Shown: piece by piece, positions 18,208 to 27,400 of the stretch
Layout of the letters: each line of letters opens with the position of its first letter
Numbering within the stretch: position 1 is the first letter of the stretch
Assembly: GCA_044344255.1 (NCBI GenBank)
Contig: JBIJDH010000005.1
Location: forward strand, 64,001 to 128,000
Reading direction: 5' to 3'
Length of the DNA stretch: 64,000 nucleotides
From: Myxococcota bacterium
Lineage (GTDB): Bacteria > Myxococcota_A > UBA796 > UBA2385
Position numbers and translations under genes: made by a program
The notes under the pieces: generated by a model
Databases searched by the model: none
Seen by the model: the letters and a program-made list of their open reading frames with translations, nothing else
Told to the model about the DNA's origin: nothing

Positions 18208-19089
18208 TCAGTCGGCCAGGACCTCCTCCACGGAGCTGGCGGTCAGGGCGCGGTCCAGCCAAGCGAAGAGGACGGAGGTCTCCTCGGTGGACTCGATGCG
18301 GACCACCGCGGCGGCGTCTGGATGTAGGCCCCGCGATCGGAGGACCTTGATCAAGGCCTGGGCGAGCCCCTCGGCCTTGCCTTCGGCCTTACCCTTGGCC
18401 TCCCCCTCGGCCTTGCCCATGGCGATGTACTTCTTGGCGAAGTCGCTCTTGTACTCATAGTTTTGAAGCAAGGCGGCCTCCAGGGCGGCGCGGGCGGATT
18501 CGCCGAGCGCGTTCAAGATGAGGTCAGTGTAGGGGCGGGCCCGATCATCGTCAAGCTGAGCGACGACCCCGGCGGCGGCGGCGGCGATCGCAGCGCCGGC
18601 GGGCCCCGTGCCATGGACCAACGCGCTCAACACGAGGCGCTCCGGATGGGCGAGGGCCTCACTGGGGTCCGTAAGCAGCGGGATGTTGGCCGGCCCGATC
18701 ACGAGCGGCACGAGGACGGAGCCGGTGGGGCCGAGGGAGATGGGCTCCTTGGCCCAAACGGCGACCCTGGGGCTGAGCGTGAGCACGACGAGGACGACCT
18801 CGCGGCGCAGGCGATCCCGGGTGATCACGGTGTAGCTCGGCCAGGTCCAGAGCTTGTCGGGGTCGATGCGGAGCTGCACCTCGAGAATGAAGACGGGGCC
18901 TCGATCGGGGACCACGCCGAGGTCGGCCCTGCGCTCGATGGGCCTGGGGTCGGTGAGCGCGGTGTCGAGGGGCTGGAGGCCCCCGATGCCGCCTGCGACA
19001 GGGGCGAGGAAGGGCGCGGCGAGGTCTGCGACCAGCCGTAGATCGGCCCGGAAGAGGTCGATCAGCGTCTCGTGGAGGGAGGAGGGCAT
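18208..19089 (-). CDS. Rpn/YhgA-like PD-(D/E)XK nuclease family protein
   Basis: Starts MPSSLHETLIDLFR. ERRADL...ILEVQL gives a D..ExQ motif. The C-terminus has GKAEGEAKGKAEGKAEG repeats and a helical tail. Confidence 0.8.
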   Translation of the reverse strand: MPSSLHETLIDLFRADLRLVADLAAPFLAPVAGGIGGLQPLDTALTDPRPIERRADLGVVPDRGPVFILEVQLRIDPDKLWTWPSYTVITRDRLRREVVLVVLTLSPRVAVWAKEPISLGPTGSVLVPLVIGPANIPLLTDPSEALAHPERLVLSALVHGTGPAGAAIAAAAAGVVAQLDDDRARPYTDLILNALGESARAALEAALLQNYEYKSDFAKKYIAMGKAEGEAKGKAEGKAEGLAQALIKVLRSRGLHPDAAAVVRIESTEETSVLFAWLDRALTASSVEEVLAD

Positions 19090-19174
19090 GGGGTTCCTGG
19101 TGGGACCGGGGCGCGACAGGGGCGTTGTTCGCCGCTTAACCCGCACCAACGAGCAATATCGGCGGGCGTCTCCG

Positions 19175-19191
19175 TTGACTAATTGTGTCAA
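19175..19191. promoter_or_regulatory. Inverted repeat TTGAC-N7-GTCAA, candidate operator upstream of the Rpn-like gene
   Basis: Perfect 5-bp arms in an AT-rich patch; the minus strand reads TTGACA. Confidence 0.4.
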
Positions 19192-19249
19192 ACCTGAGCA
19201 AACAGGGGCGAGGGCTATGTGTTAATCGGGAGTACGGACCCCACGACCA

Positions 19250-19873
19250 TCATTCCCTTTTGCGACGAAAGGGTTGATCACCTTCCGCTATGTTGGTGGC
19301 TTCGTCTTCGATGGCCTGCAGACCGCGGATCAGGGCCAGCCGCAGAACGTCAGCGCGGGACAACTCTCCACCCACAGAGATCGTCGCCAGCGGCGAGCCC
19401 GTCTGGGTCAACAACCGTGCGAGCCTGTCAAGGCGGTCCACCAACTCAGGTTCACACACTTTACCAATGAGATGGTTCATCCTCGTGAGTCGCCCGGAAT
19501 TTGGTCGCCCCGTTGCGTTTCCTTTTGGCGAAGGTCGCTGCGTATCGTAGCATCTATCGAGGATGGCTGAAAAAGCTTGCATCTCATCAAAGCTGATGGT
19601 ATCCGCAGCAGGATTTTCAGGGAGCGTTGCTACCACTTTAACGGCGGATCCCCTCTTGTAACAAGCGCGAATGGTCGAGCAGAACTTGGCTCCGCCAAGC
19701 GGCGCTCCGTTCTGACCAAAATAAATATCGAGGGCGCGACCCAGGAGTGAAGAAAACCCGCCTTCTCTATCTGGCGGCGCGTTGTAGTCGTGATGCACGA
19801 CATTGCGAACATCCCATAATTCAATCTCGGTCTCGGAATCTGCATGGGCGTTGTTGCTTCCGCTGTGGGTCAT
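19250..19873 (-). CDS. Low-GC hypothetical protein with a C-terminal ribbon-helix-helix (CopG-like) domain
   Basis: ATG 19873 is preceded by AGAAGGA. The C-terminus reads ELVDRLDRLA...LSRADVLRLALIRGLQAIE. Confidence 0.65.
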   Translation of the reverse strand: MTHSGSNNAHADSETEIELWDVRNVVHHDYNAPPDREGGFSSLLGRALDIYFGQNGAPLGGAKFCSTIRACYKRGSAVKVVATLPENPAADTISFDEMQAFSAILDRCYDTQRPSPKGNATGRPNSGRLTRMNHLIGKVCEPELVDRLDRLARLLTQTGSPLATISVGGELSRADVLRLALIRGLQAIEDEATNIAEGDQPFRRKRE

Positions 19874-20281
19874 CGATCCTTCTATGCGGCCAGCAAGGCA
19901 CGACTGCATTGGGCATCCCCAGATAGGCAGCGGTGATTGCGGATGCTGTACGTTGAGAGGTGTTGAAGGGTGAGAACGGCACAGTGATGGAGCGGTGACT
20001 TGGCCCGGAGTTGACGGTAGTGGGATGGCTGATCTGTGATCTATGCGATGGGATCCAGCTCCTCGGGTGGCGTCCCGTTCGGCATCACCACGAGGATGTT
20101 CCCGTCGCTCTCCGGCCGCTCGCGCTGCTGTGCACGGCTGCCGACGCGCCAAACCGAGCGCAGGGCCAGTGCGGCGACGAGGGGGTCAGGGAGGGGCGGA
20201 GGATGGGGTCCACGGTCGGCACGGTACCACCCGGCCGCGGATTTTGTCCAGCGTGAGGGCTTCACGGTGTCACTGCTTCTC

Positions 20282-20376
20282 CGCGTCCCCTTGCGCGTCC
20301 CCTTGCGCGTCCCTGTCCGCGTCCCTGTCCGCGTCCCTGTCCGCGTCCCTTCCGCGTGCCTGTCCGCGTCCCCCTC
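20282..20376. repeat. About eight tandem 11-12-bp repeats, consensus CGCGTCCC(TGTC/CTTG)
   Basis: Read directly: two CGCGTCCCCTTG, three CGCGTCCCTGTC and three variants. Confidence 0.9.
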
Positions 20377-20395
20377 CGGCGCCGATGCGGCGCCA

Positions 20396-20418
20396 CCTCC
20401 CCCATAGGATGGGGGAGG
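20396..20418. other. Perfect hairpin CCTCCCCCAT-AGG-ATGGGGGAGG
   Basis: 10-bp stem with a 3-nt loop, about 20 bp from the repeat array. Confidence 0.8.
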
Positions 20419-20550
20419 CTGTTGGCCAGGGTAATCCGGCCATTGTCGCGGTGGCCTCGCGGCCGATGCTCCCCGGTAACAGAGGCGGTGGCGTTGTCTC
20501 CGTGTCCTCTGCACACGATCGAGGAAGGGGAGCGGATCCGACCCAGTGCC

Positions 20551-20612
20551 TCAGCTCGAGGCGGAGCTGTAATGACGGAGCGCGAGGCTCCAGGTGGCCC
20601 GCCCGAGCAGCA
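20551..20612. repeat. Direct repeat copy 2 (current 3' end of the ABC permease)
   Basis: Identical to 18100-18161 except C20576 versus T18125. Confidence 0.95.
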
Positions 20613-21348
20613 CGAAGCCGACCGCGACGCCGAGGCCGAGCGCGGCCTCCGCGGGGCCGAGCTGGCCGCGGAGCGCCATCGCCGGCCAGGTGGTCATGAT
20701 GCCCACCGGCAGCACGAAGGTGAGGAGCCAGCGCACGGCCCCCTTGTAGAAGGCGACGGGCCAGCGGCCGACCTCGAGGGCGCTCTGCAGCAGGTAGGAC
20801 AGGTTGTCGACCCGCACGAACCAGAAGGAGGTGGCGGCCACCATCGTGAAGATGGCGTGCAGGATGAGCAGCCCCCCGGTGAGGAGCAGGGCGCTCAGCG
20901 CGACGTCGGCGAGGCCGGGCGGCTCGGGCAGGCGCCGCGCGGCGTGGATGAGGAGGCCGAGCCCGACGAGGGCGTGGGGGAGCTTGATCGGGTTCGTGCG
21001 GTGCACGCTCACCTGGAGCTGGGCGTCCAGCGGCTTTAAGAGCACGAAGTCAAAGGTGCCGTCCCGCACCTGCTGCACGACCGCGCGGAGGTTCGGCTCG
21101 ATGAGGCAGTTCATCAGCCCCTCGAGCACGATGAAGGAGCCCATCACGAGCAGGGCCTCGTCCTCGGTCCAGCCCGAGAGCCCCGGCGTGTAGCGGAAGA
21201 CCACGAGGAGGGGGGCCAGCACCCAGGCGAGGTTGACCACGGCCATCACGGCCTCGCCCCAGAAGCTGGCGCGGTACTGGAGCACGGTCATCAGGGCCAC
21301 GCGGAGCTCGGCCAAGAGCGCGCGGCTCACGGGGCGGAGGCGGCTCAT
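20551..21348 (-). CDS. ABC-2 family transporter permease
   Basis: Motifs QYRASF, VRDGTFDFVLLKPLD and a YSSASS terminus. Overlaps the upstream permease by 4 bp. Confidence 0.9.
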   Translation of the reverse strand: MSRLRPVSRALLAELRVALMTVLQYRASFWGEAVMAVVNLAWVLAPLLVVFRYTPGLSGWTEDEALLVMGSFIVLEGLMNCLIEPNLRAVVQQVRDGTFDFVLLKPLDAQLQVSVHRTNPIKLPHALVGLGLLIHAARRLPEPPGLADVALSALLLTGGLLILHAIFTMVAATSFWFVRVDNLSYLLQSALEVGRWPVAFYKGAVRWLLTFVLPVGIMTTWPAMALRGQLGPAEAALGLGVAVGFVLLGRATWSLALRHYSSASS

Positions 21349-22163
21349 GCGCCGAAGGCCTCGTAGCGCCGGATGCCGCGCCGCCAGGTGAAGGTCGCGA
21401 GCAGCGCGAAGAAGGCCACCCAGCCCCACTGGACGAGGAGGCCCCCGAGCGCCTCCGAGCCCGACAGGCGCCCGCTCAGGAGCTCAGCGGAGAGGCCCAC
21501 CACCGCGCGGAAGGGCAGGAGCTCGACCACGGCGCGGAGGCCGGGGGGCAGCATCGCCAGCGGGAAGAGGTAGCCGCTGCAGAGCGCGAAGAGGCCGAAC
21601 CAGACGTTCCAGATGCCGAGCGACTGCTCGAGGAAGAAGGCGAGGCTCCCGAAGGTGACCTGACAGAAGAAGTTGACCAGCCAGCCGCCGGCCACCGCGA
21701 GCAGGGCCAGGGCGGCGGTGGCGGGGTCGAGGGCGACGAGCACGCCGGGCCGCCAGGCGACGATGAGGGCGAGGATCGGCAGCAGCACGACGAGGCGGAA
21801 GGGGAGAACCGCGAGGTTGTCGGCGGCGGCCACCACCATCGGGTTGATGGGCTTCAAGAGCTGCGGCGAGAGGGCGCCGGTGCGGATCGAATTGTTAAGG
21901 TCCCACACCACCCAGGCCCCCGTGAACTGCCGGGTGATGAGGCTGGCGGCGAAGTAGCGGGCGAGGTCGTCCTGGTTCATGCCCTCTACGGGGCCACCCT
22001 CGGCCACGCGGTCCCACACGAGCATCATGACGAGGGGCAGCGTGGCCGTGAGGATCCAGATCACGAGCTCGGCCCGGTAGGCCACCATCTCGGCGAGGCC
22101 CACGCGGAGGAGCGTCGGGAAGGCCTTGGCGGCGCGGCGGGCGTGGCCGAGACCCCCGCTCAT
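21345..22163 (-). CDS. ABC-2 family transporter permease
   Basis: Motifs AYRAEL, IRTGALSPQLLKP and SGYLFPL, with about six TM helices. Confidence 0.9.
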   Translation of the reverse strand: MSGGLGHARRAAKAFPTLLRVGLAEMVAYRAELVIWILTATLPLVMMLVWDRVAEGGPVEGMNQDDLARYFAASLITRQFTGAWVVWDLNNSIRTGALSPQLLKPINPMVVAAADNLAVLPFRLVVLLPILALIVAWRPGVLVALDPATAALALLAVAGGWLVNFFCQVTFGSLAFFLEQSLGIWNVWFGLFALCSGYLFPLAMLPPGLRAVVELLPFRAVVGLSAELLSGRLSGSEALGGLLVQWGWVAFFALLATFTWRRGIRRYEAFGA

Positions 22164-23134
22164 GGGGCCGCCGCCTCGCCGAAGAGGCGCCGCAGCACGT
22201 CGTCGAGGGGGGTCTCCTCGACGGTGAGGTCGCGGACGGGGAGCGTGCGCAGCGCGCGGTCGACGGTGGCCTTCACCTCGGGGATCGGCACGAGCGCGAC
22301 AAAATTGCCCTCGACCTCCGTGAAGGGGGCGGCGGCGGCGACCTCCTCGGGGGTGGGCGGGCGGAGCAGGCGCACCACCACCCGTCGGTCGGGGGCGTAC
22401 TGCTCGACGAGGGCGGGGAGGGAGCCGTCATAGCGGAGCTTGCCCCCGGCGATGACGATGACGCGGTCGCAGAGGGCCTCGATGTCGGCCATGTAGTGGC
22501 TGGTGAGCAGGACGGTGGCGCCCGTCTTCTTGTTCCAGGACTGGATGAACTGCCGCACCGCCACCTGCATCCGCACGTCGAGGCCGATGGTGGGCTCATC
22601 GAGGAAGAGGACGGAGGGCCGGTGCAGGAGCGCGGCCGCGAGCTCGCACTTCATCCGCTCGCCGAGGGAGAGGTTGCGCACGGGGCGGTCGAGCAGGGGG
22701 CCGAGCTCGAGGAGCGAGACGAGCTCGTCGCGGGTCTCGGTGAAGGCCGCGTCCCCGAGGTCAAACATGGCCCGGTTGAGCTCGAAGGTCTCGGTGGCGG
22801 GTAGATCCCAACGGAGCTGCTGCTTCTGGCCCATCACGAGGGTGATGCGGCGGAGGAAGTCGGGCTGCCGCTCGGCGGGCCGGTAGCCCTCCACCGTCAC
22901 CGTCCCGCTCGAGGGCACGAGCAGCCCGGAGAGCATCTTCAGGGTGGTGGTCTTGCCGGCGCCGTTCGGGCCGAGGAAGCCCACCCGCTCCCCTCGCTCG
23001 ATGCGGAAGGAGACCCCGTCGACGGCCCGCACCTCGGTGTACTCGCGGTGGAAGACGCCGCGCACCGAGCCCCAGAGGCCGGGCTGCTTCTTGGGGCTCT
23101 GGTAGAGCTTGCTGAGGTCTTCGACGTGGATCAC
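22160..23134 (-). CDS. ABC transporter ATP-binding protein
   Basis: Walker A GPNGAGKT, signature LSLGER, Walker B LFLDEPT and H-loop TSH. Confidence 0.95.
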   Translation of the reverse strand: MIHVEDLSKLYQSPKKQPGLWGSVRGVFHREYTEVRAVDGVSFRIERGERVGFLGPNGAGKTTTLKMLSGLLVPSSGTVTVEGYRPAERQPDFLRRITLVMGQKQQLRWDLPATETFELNRAMFDLGDAAFTETRDELVSLLELGPLLDRPVRNLSLGERMKCELAAALLHRPSVLFLDEPTIGLDVRMQVAVRQFIQSWNKKTGATVLLTSHYMADIEALCDRVIVIAGGKLRYDGSLPALVEQYAPDRRVVVRLLRPPTPEEVAAAAPFTEVEGNFVALVPIPEVKATVDRALRTLPVRDLTVEETPLDDVLRRLFGEAAAP

Positions 23135-23159
23135 GGCGCGAGCCTATCCCGCGCCTCGC

Positions 23160-24434
23160 TCAGAGCCCTCCGGTCACCTGGAGGAGCGCGAGGTTGGCGA
23201 CGTCGAGGTTCATCTGCTCGGAGAGCAGCGTGAGCCGGGCGGCGTTGAGGCCGAGGCGGGCGTCCTCGGCGTCGAGGAAGGAGATGGCCCCGGCGCTGAG
23301 GGAGACCTCGGCGAGGCGCAGGTTCTCGGTGGCGAGCTCCACCTCGCGCTCGGCGCTCTTCAGGGCGAGCCCGGCCCGCTCCCGCTCCTCCCAGGCGTTG
23401 CGCACCTCGGCCTTCACGCTGGCCTGCAGCTTCTCGACGGCCTCGGCGGCCTGGCGCTTGCGGCTGATCGCCTTGACCTGGTCGGTGGCGTGGGTGCCGC
23501 CGTCCCAGAGCGACCAGTTGGCGCTGACCACCACCATCCAGTTGGTGTTCTCCCCCGAGAAGCCCGTGTTCTCGGACCAGGCCTCCGTGAAGCGCCCGGA
23601 GACCATGGGCAGCCAGAGCAGCCCCACCGCCGAGTTGGCGAGGGAGGCCATGCGCTCCTGCTTCTCGGCGGCGATGAGCTCGGGCCGGGCGGCCTCGGCG
23701 CGGCCGAGGGCCTCCTCGTAAGAGCTGAAGGGCAGGGAGTGCGGGGCGCCGCCGGTGGGGACCGCGTCGCTGCGCTGGCCCATCACCTGGCTGAGCGCCT
23801 CCCTTGCTGCGGCCTTCCGCGCCCGGGCGCCTGCGAGGTCACGCTCGGCGCGGGAGACCGCGATCTGGGCCTGCAGATCGGCCTGTCGGGTGGCCATGCC
23901 GCTCTGGACGAGCTGCGCGACGGTCGCCTGGTGCTTGCCAGCGAGGGCGACCCCCTCCTCGGCGATCTTCTCGGCTTCGGTGGCCACTCGGAGGCCCCAC
24001 CAGGCCCGCGCCACGCCGAGCTTGACCTGGGAGCGCACCGCCCGCTCCTGCGCCCGCCCCGCCTCGGAGCCCGCCTTCGAGATCGCGAGGCCCGGGATGG
24101 CCGCGGCGCTGAAGAGGGGCTGGATGATGGTGAAGTTGGCGTCGAAGTAGGTCTTCTCCTGGATGACCAGGGGATCGCCGAGGTCCAGGCTCGCCGTCAT
24201 CGCCGGGGGGAGCAGCTTGGAGGGGTCAAAGGCCACCTCTCGCTGGTTGATCGTGTAGTTGCCGCCCACCGAGACCTTCGGGCCGACGTAGCCGATCGCC
24301 TGGATGCGGTCGGCGTCGGCCTGCACCGACTGTTCATGCACCATCGCGAGGTCGGGGTTGTTCTTCAGGGCGACCTCCCAGGCCTCGTCGAGGCTGAGGG
24401 CGGAGGCGGCCTGGCAGAGGAGGAGGAGCAGCAT
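23160..24434 (-). CDS. TolC-family outer-membrane efflux protein
   Basis: Signal peptide, LSLDEAWEVALKNNP, two OEP repeats (PLFS, SLWDGG) and a C-terminal LLQVTG. Confidence 0.9.
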   Translation of the reverse strand: MLLLLLCQAASALSLDEAWEVALKNNPDLAMVHEQSVQADADRIQAIGYVGPKVSVGGNYTINQREVAFDPSKLLPPAMTASLDLGDPLVIQEKTYFDANFTIIQPLFSAAAIPGLAISKAGSEAGRAQERAVRSQVKLGVARAWWGLRVATEAEKIAEEGVALAGKHQATVAQLVQSGMATRQADLQAQIAVSRAERDLAGARARKAAAREALSQVMGQRSDAVPTGGAPHSLPFSSYEEALGRAEAARPELIAAEKQERMASLANSAVGLLWLPMVSGRFTEAWSENTGFSGENTNWMVVVSANWSLWDGGTHATDQVKAISRKRQAAEAVEKLQASVKAEVRNAWEERERAGLALKSAEREVELATENLRLAEVSLSAGAISFLDAEDARLGLNAARLTLLSEQMNLDVANLALLQVTGGL

Positions 24435-27400
24435 CAGAGGCCCTCAACCGGGATGGCTTCGGATTCGGGTTCGAGGTCAAGCTCGGCCACCTCCTCGGAC
24501 ATGATGCCCACCCGCACGAGCAGCCGGCGGAGGAGGACCATCAGGTCATCGAGGAGCGAGTAGGCGACGGGCGTGGCGAGCAGCGTGAGCAGGAGGGAGA
24601 GCGTCTGCCCGCCCACCACGACGCCGGCGGTGGCCTTGTTGAAGCCGGAGCCGACGCCGTCGGAGAGCACGAGGGGCAGCATGCCGGCCACGAAGGCCAC
24701 GGTGGTCATGAGGATCGGCCGGAGGCGGTCCTTGTTGGCCTGGAGGATGGCCTCGAGGCGCGGCAGGCCGTGGGCGCGGAGCTGGTTCGTGTGATCGATC
24801 TGGAGGATCGAGTTCTTCTTCACGATGCCGAAGAGCACGAAGATGCCGAGCACGCTGAACATGTCGAGGGCCTGACCGGTGATGACGATCGAGAGCACCG
24901 CGAAGGGCAAGGTGAGGGGCAGCGAGAGGAGGATCGTGAAGGGGTGCAGCCAGCTCTCGAACTGGGCGGCGAGGATCAGGTACATGAAGATGAAGGCGAG
25001 GCCGAATCCGAAGAGCACGCTCTGCGCGGTCTCCATCATCAGCTTCGTCTGCCCGACCGGCTTGAGCGAGTAGCTCGAGGGCAGGTTCATCTCGGTCACG
25101 ATGCGCTGGAGCTCGTCGCCGATCACGCTGTCGCCGATCCCGGGGGCCGCGTTGGCGGTGATGAGCACGGTGCGCTGCCGGGCGAGGCGGTTGATGCTCG
25201 AGGGGCCGGTGCCGTCGGCGCTGTGTACGACGTCGAGCAGGTTGACCGAGCCCACCTTCGCCGAGGGCACCGAGAGCAGCCCGAGGGTGGCGGGGTCGTT
25301 GCGGTACTCGGAGGCCGAGCGCATGCGGATGTCGTACTGCTCGCCGTTCTCCTCGTAGGTGCCCACCTTCATGCCGCCGACCAGCATTCGGAGGGTCATG
25401 GCGATGTCGGTGACGCCGACGCCGAGCTCCGCCGCCTTGGCACGATCGATGTAGACGCCGAGCTCCGGCTTGCCGACGACGAGGGAGGAGTCGACGTCGA
25501 CGGCGCCCGGGAAGGTCGCGAGCTTCGCCACCACCTCGTTGGTGATCGTCGAGAGGCGCTCGAGGTCAGGGCCGGTGAGGTTGTACTGGATGCGCGCGGT
25601 GGACTGCCCGGAGCCGCCGAAGTCGGGCACGATCTGCACCTGGATGCGCAGCTCCTTCGGCTGGTGCGACACGATCTCCTTGCGCGTCTTCTCCATCAGG
25701 GCGTCCTGGGAGAGCTCGCGGGTGGTGGGATCGGTCAGCTTCACGAAGACGCGCGCCACGTTCTCGATGGCCTGATCATCGGCGGCGACGGTGGTGAGCG
25801 TCGCGGCGACCCCCTCGACGCGGCGCACCTCCTCGGCGAGGCGCTCCCCGTAGAGTTTGGTGGTCTCGATGCTGCTGCCTTCGGGGGCGCGTACCAGCAC
25901 CTCGAACTGGGCGCGGTCATCGACGGGGAGGAAGCCCTTCTTGGCCATGCCGCCGAAGATGGGCAGCGTCGCCATCGACAGGGCGCAAGCGAGCACCACC
26001 ACCCAGCGGTGCCGCATCGCGAAGCCGAGGGCGCGCATGTAGACCCGCTCAATCGGCCGGTAGAAGACCTCCACCACCTTCTCGAGGCCCTGCGGCCCCT
26101 CGTGCTCGCCCGCCACCTTGGCCCGCAGCCAGCGGCTCGCCAGCATCGGGGTGAGCGAGAAGGAGACGAAGAGCGAGACCGCGATGGCGATGCTCATCGT
26201 GATGCCGAAAGAGCGGAGGAAGCGCCCGGGGATGCCGGCGAGGAAGGCCACCGGCATGAAGACGGCGATGAGGGAGAGGGTGGTCGCCAGCACTGCGAGG
26301 CCGATCTCCTTCGTGCCCTCCACGGCGGCGCGCATCGGCGTGCGGCCCTTCTCTTCGACGAAGCGGAAGATGTTCTCGAGCACCACGATGGCGTCGTCAA
26401 TGACGATGCCCACCGACAGGGCGAGGGCGAGGAGCGTGATGGTGTTGAGCGTGTAGTCGAGGGCCGCCATCACCGCGAAGGTGCCGATGACCGAGGTGGG
26501 GATGGCCACGGCGGCGATGATGGTGGACCGCCAGTTGCCGAGGAAGGCGAGCACCACGAGGGCGGCGAGGAGGGCGCCCACGACGAGGTGCTCCTTCACG
26601 CTGTTGGTGCCGGTGCGGATGACGCCGGAGGCGTCGCGCGTGGTCTCGAGCTTGTAGCCGAGGGGGAGCTCGGCGCGGAGCTCGCCCAGGCGCTCGGCGA
26701 TGGCGTCGGCGACGGCGATGGTGTTGGCGCCCGACTGCTTGCGGATGGCCAGCATGACGGTGGGCTCGCCGTTCCAGAGGGCGGCGGAGGCGGTCTCCTC
26801 GCTGCCGTCCTCTACCCGGGCGACGTCTTCGACGCGGATGACGTGGTCGCCCGCGGTGCGCACGGCGATCTTGCCGATCTCGGCGGTGCTCTCGACCCGG
26901 CCGTGGACCCGGAGGGTGAGCTGCTCGCGGCCGGTGTCGATGCGACCGCCGGGGACGTTGACGTTCTCGGTGCCGATCGCGCGGGCGACCTCCCCCGGAG
27001 CGACGTTCAGGCTGCGCAGGCGGATGGGATCGAGCCAGACGTGCAGCGTGCGCTTGCTGCCGCCGACGATGCGGACCTGGCCGACGCCGGGCAGCACCTC
27101 GAGCGACTCGCGGACCTTCTGGTCTGCATACTCGGTGATCTCCCGGATCGAGCGGCCCTCGGCGGTGAGCGCCGCGTAGACGATGGGGGATGCGTCGGGG
27201 TCGAGCTTGGCGACGACCGGCTTCTCGACGTCGTCGGGCAGCTCGGCCATGATGCGGTCGATGCGGTCGCGCACGTCCTGCGCCGCGATGTTGACGTCCT
27301 GCTCGAGCTTGAACTGCACGATCACGAGAGACATGCTCTCGGTCGAGATGCTGCGCAGCTCTTCGATGTTGCCGATGGTGTTGACCGCCGACTCGATCTT

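Larger units (their letters stand above)
18100..20612. mobile_element. About 2.5-kb integrated islet flanked by a 62-bp direct repeat (3' end of the ABC permease gene); no integrase
   Basis: 18100-18161 matches 20551-20612 at 61/62 nt. The interior is low in GC (spot counts of 47-48% in the 60-nt lines starting at 19561 and 19801). Cargo is an Rpn-like gene and an RHH-like ORF. Confidence 0.8.

Noticed and set aside
20282..20376. Repeat array as CRISPR
   Set aside because: The units are 11-12 bp and contiguous, with no spacers and no cas genes.
20041..20514. 157-aa ORF with GTRT repeats in the island
   Set aside because: It has no recognisable domain and reads through a repeat array and hairpin. 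It is not called as a gene, although it cannot be excluded.
18100..20612. 62-bp repeat pair as a diversity-generating retroelement TR/VR
   Set aside because: There is only one mismatch, no reverse transcriptase in the window, and the target is a permease tail. Integration-site duplication explains it better.
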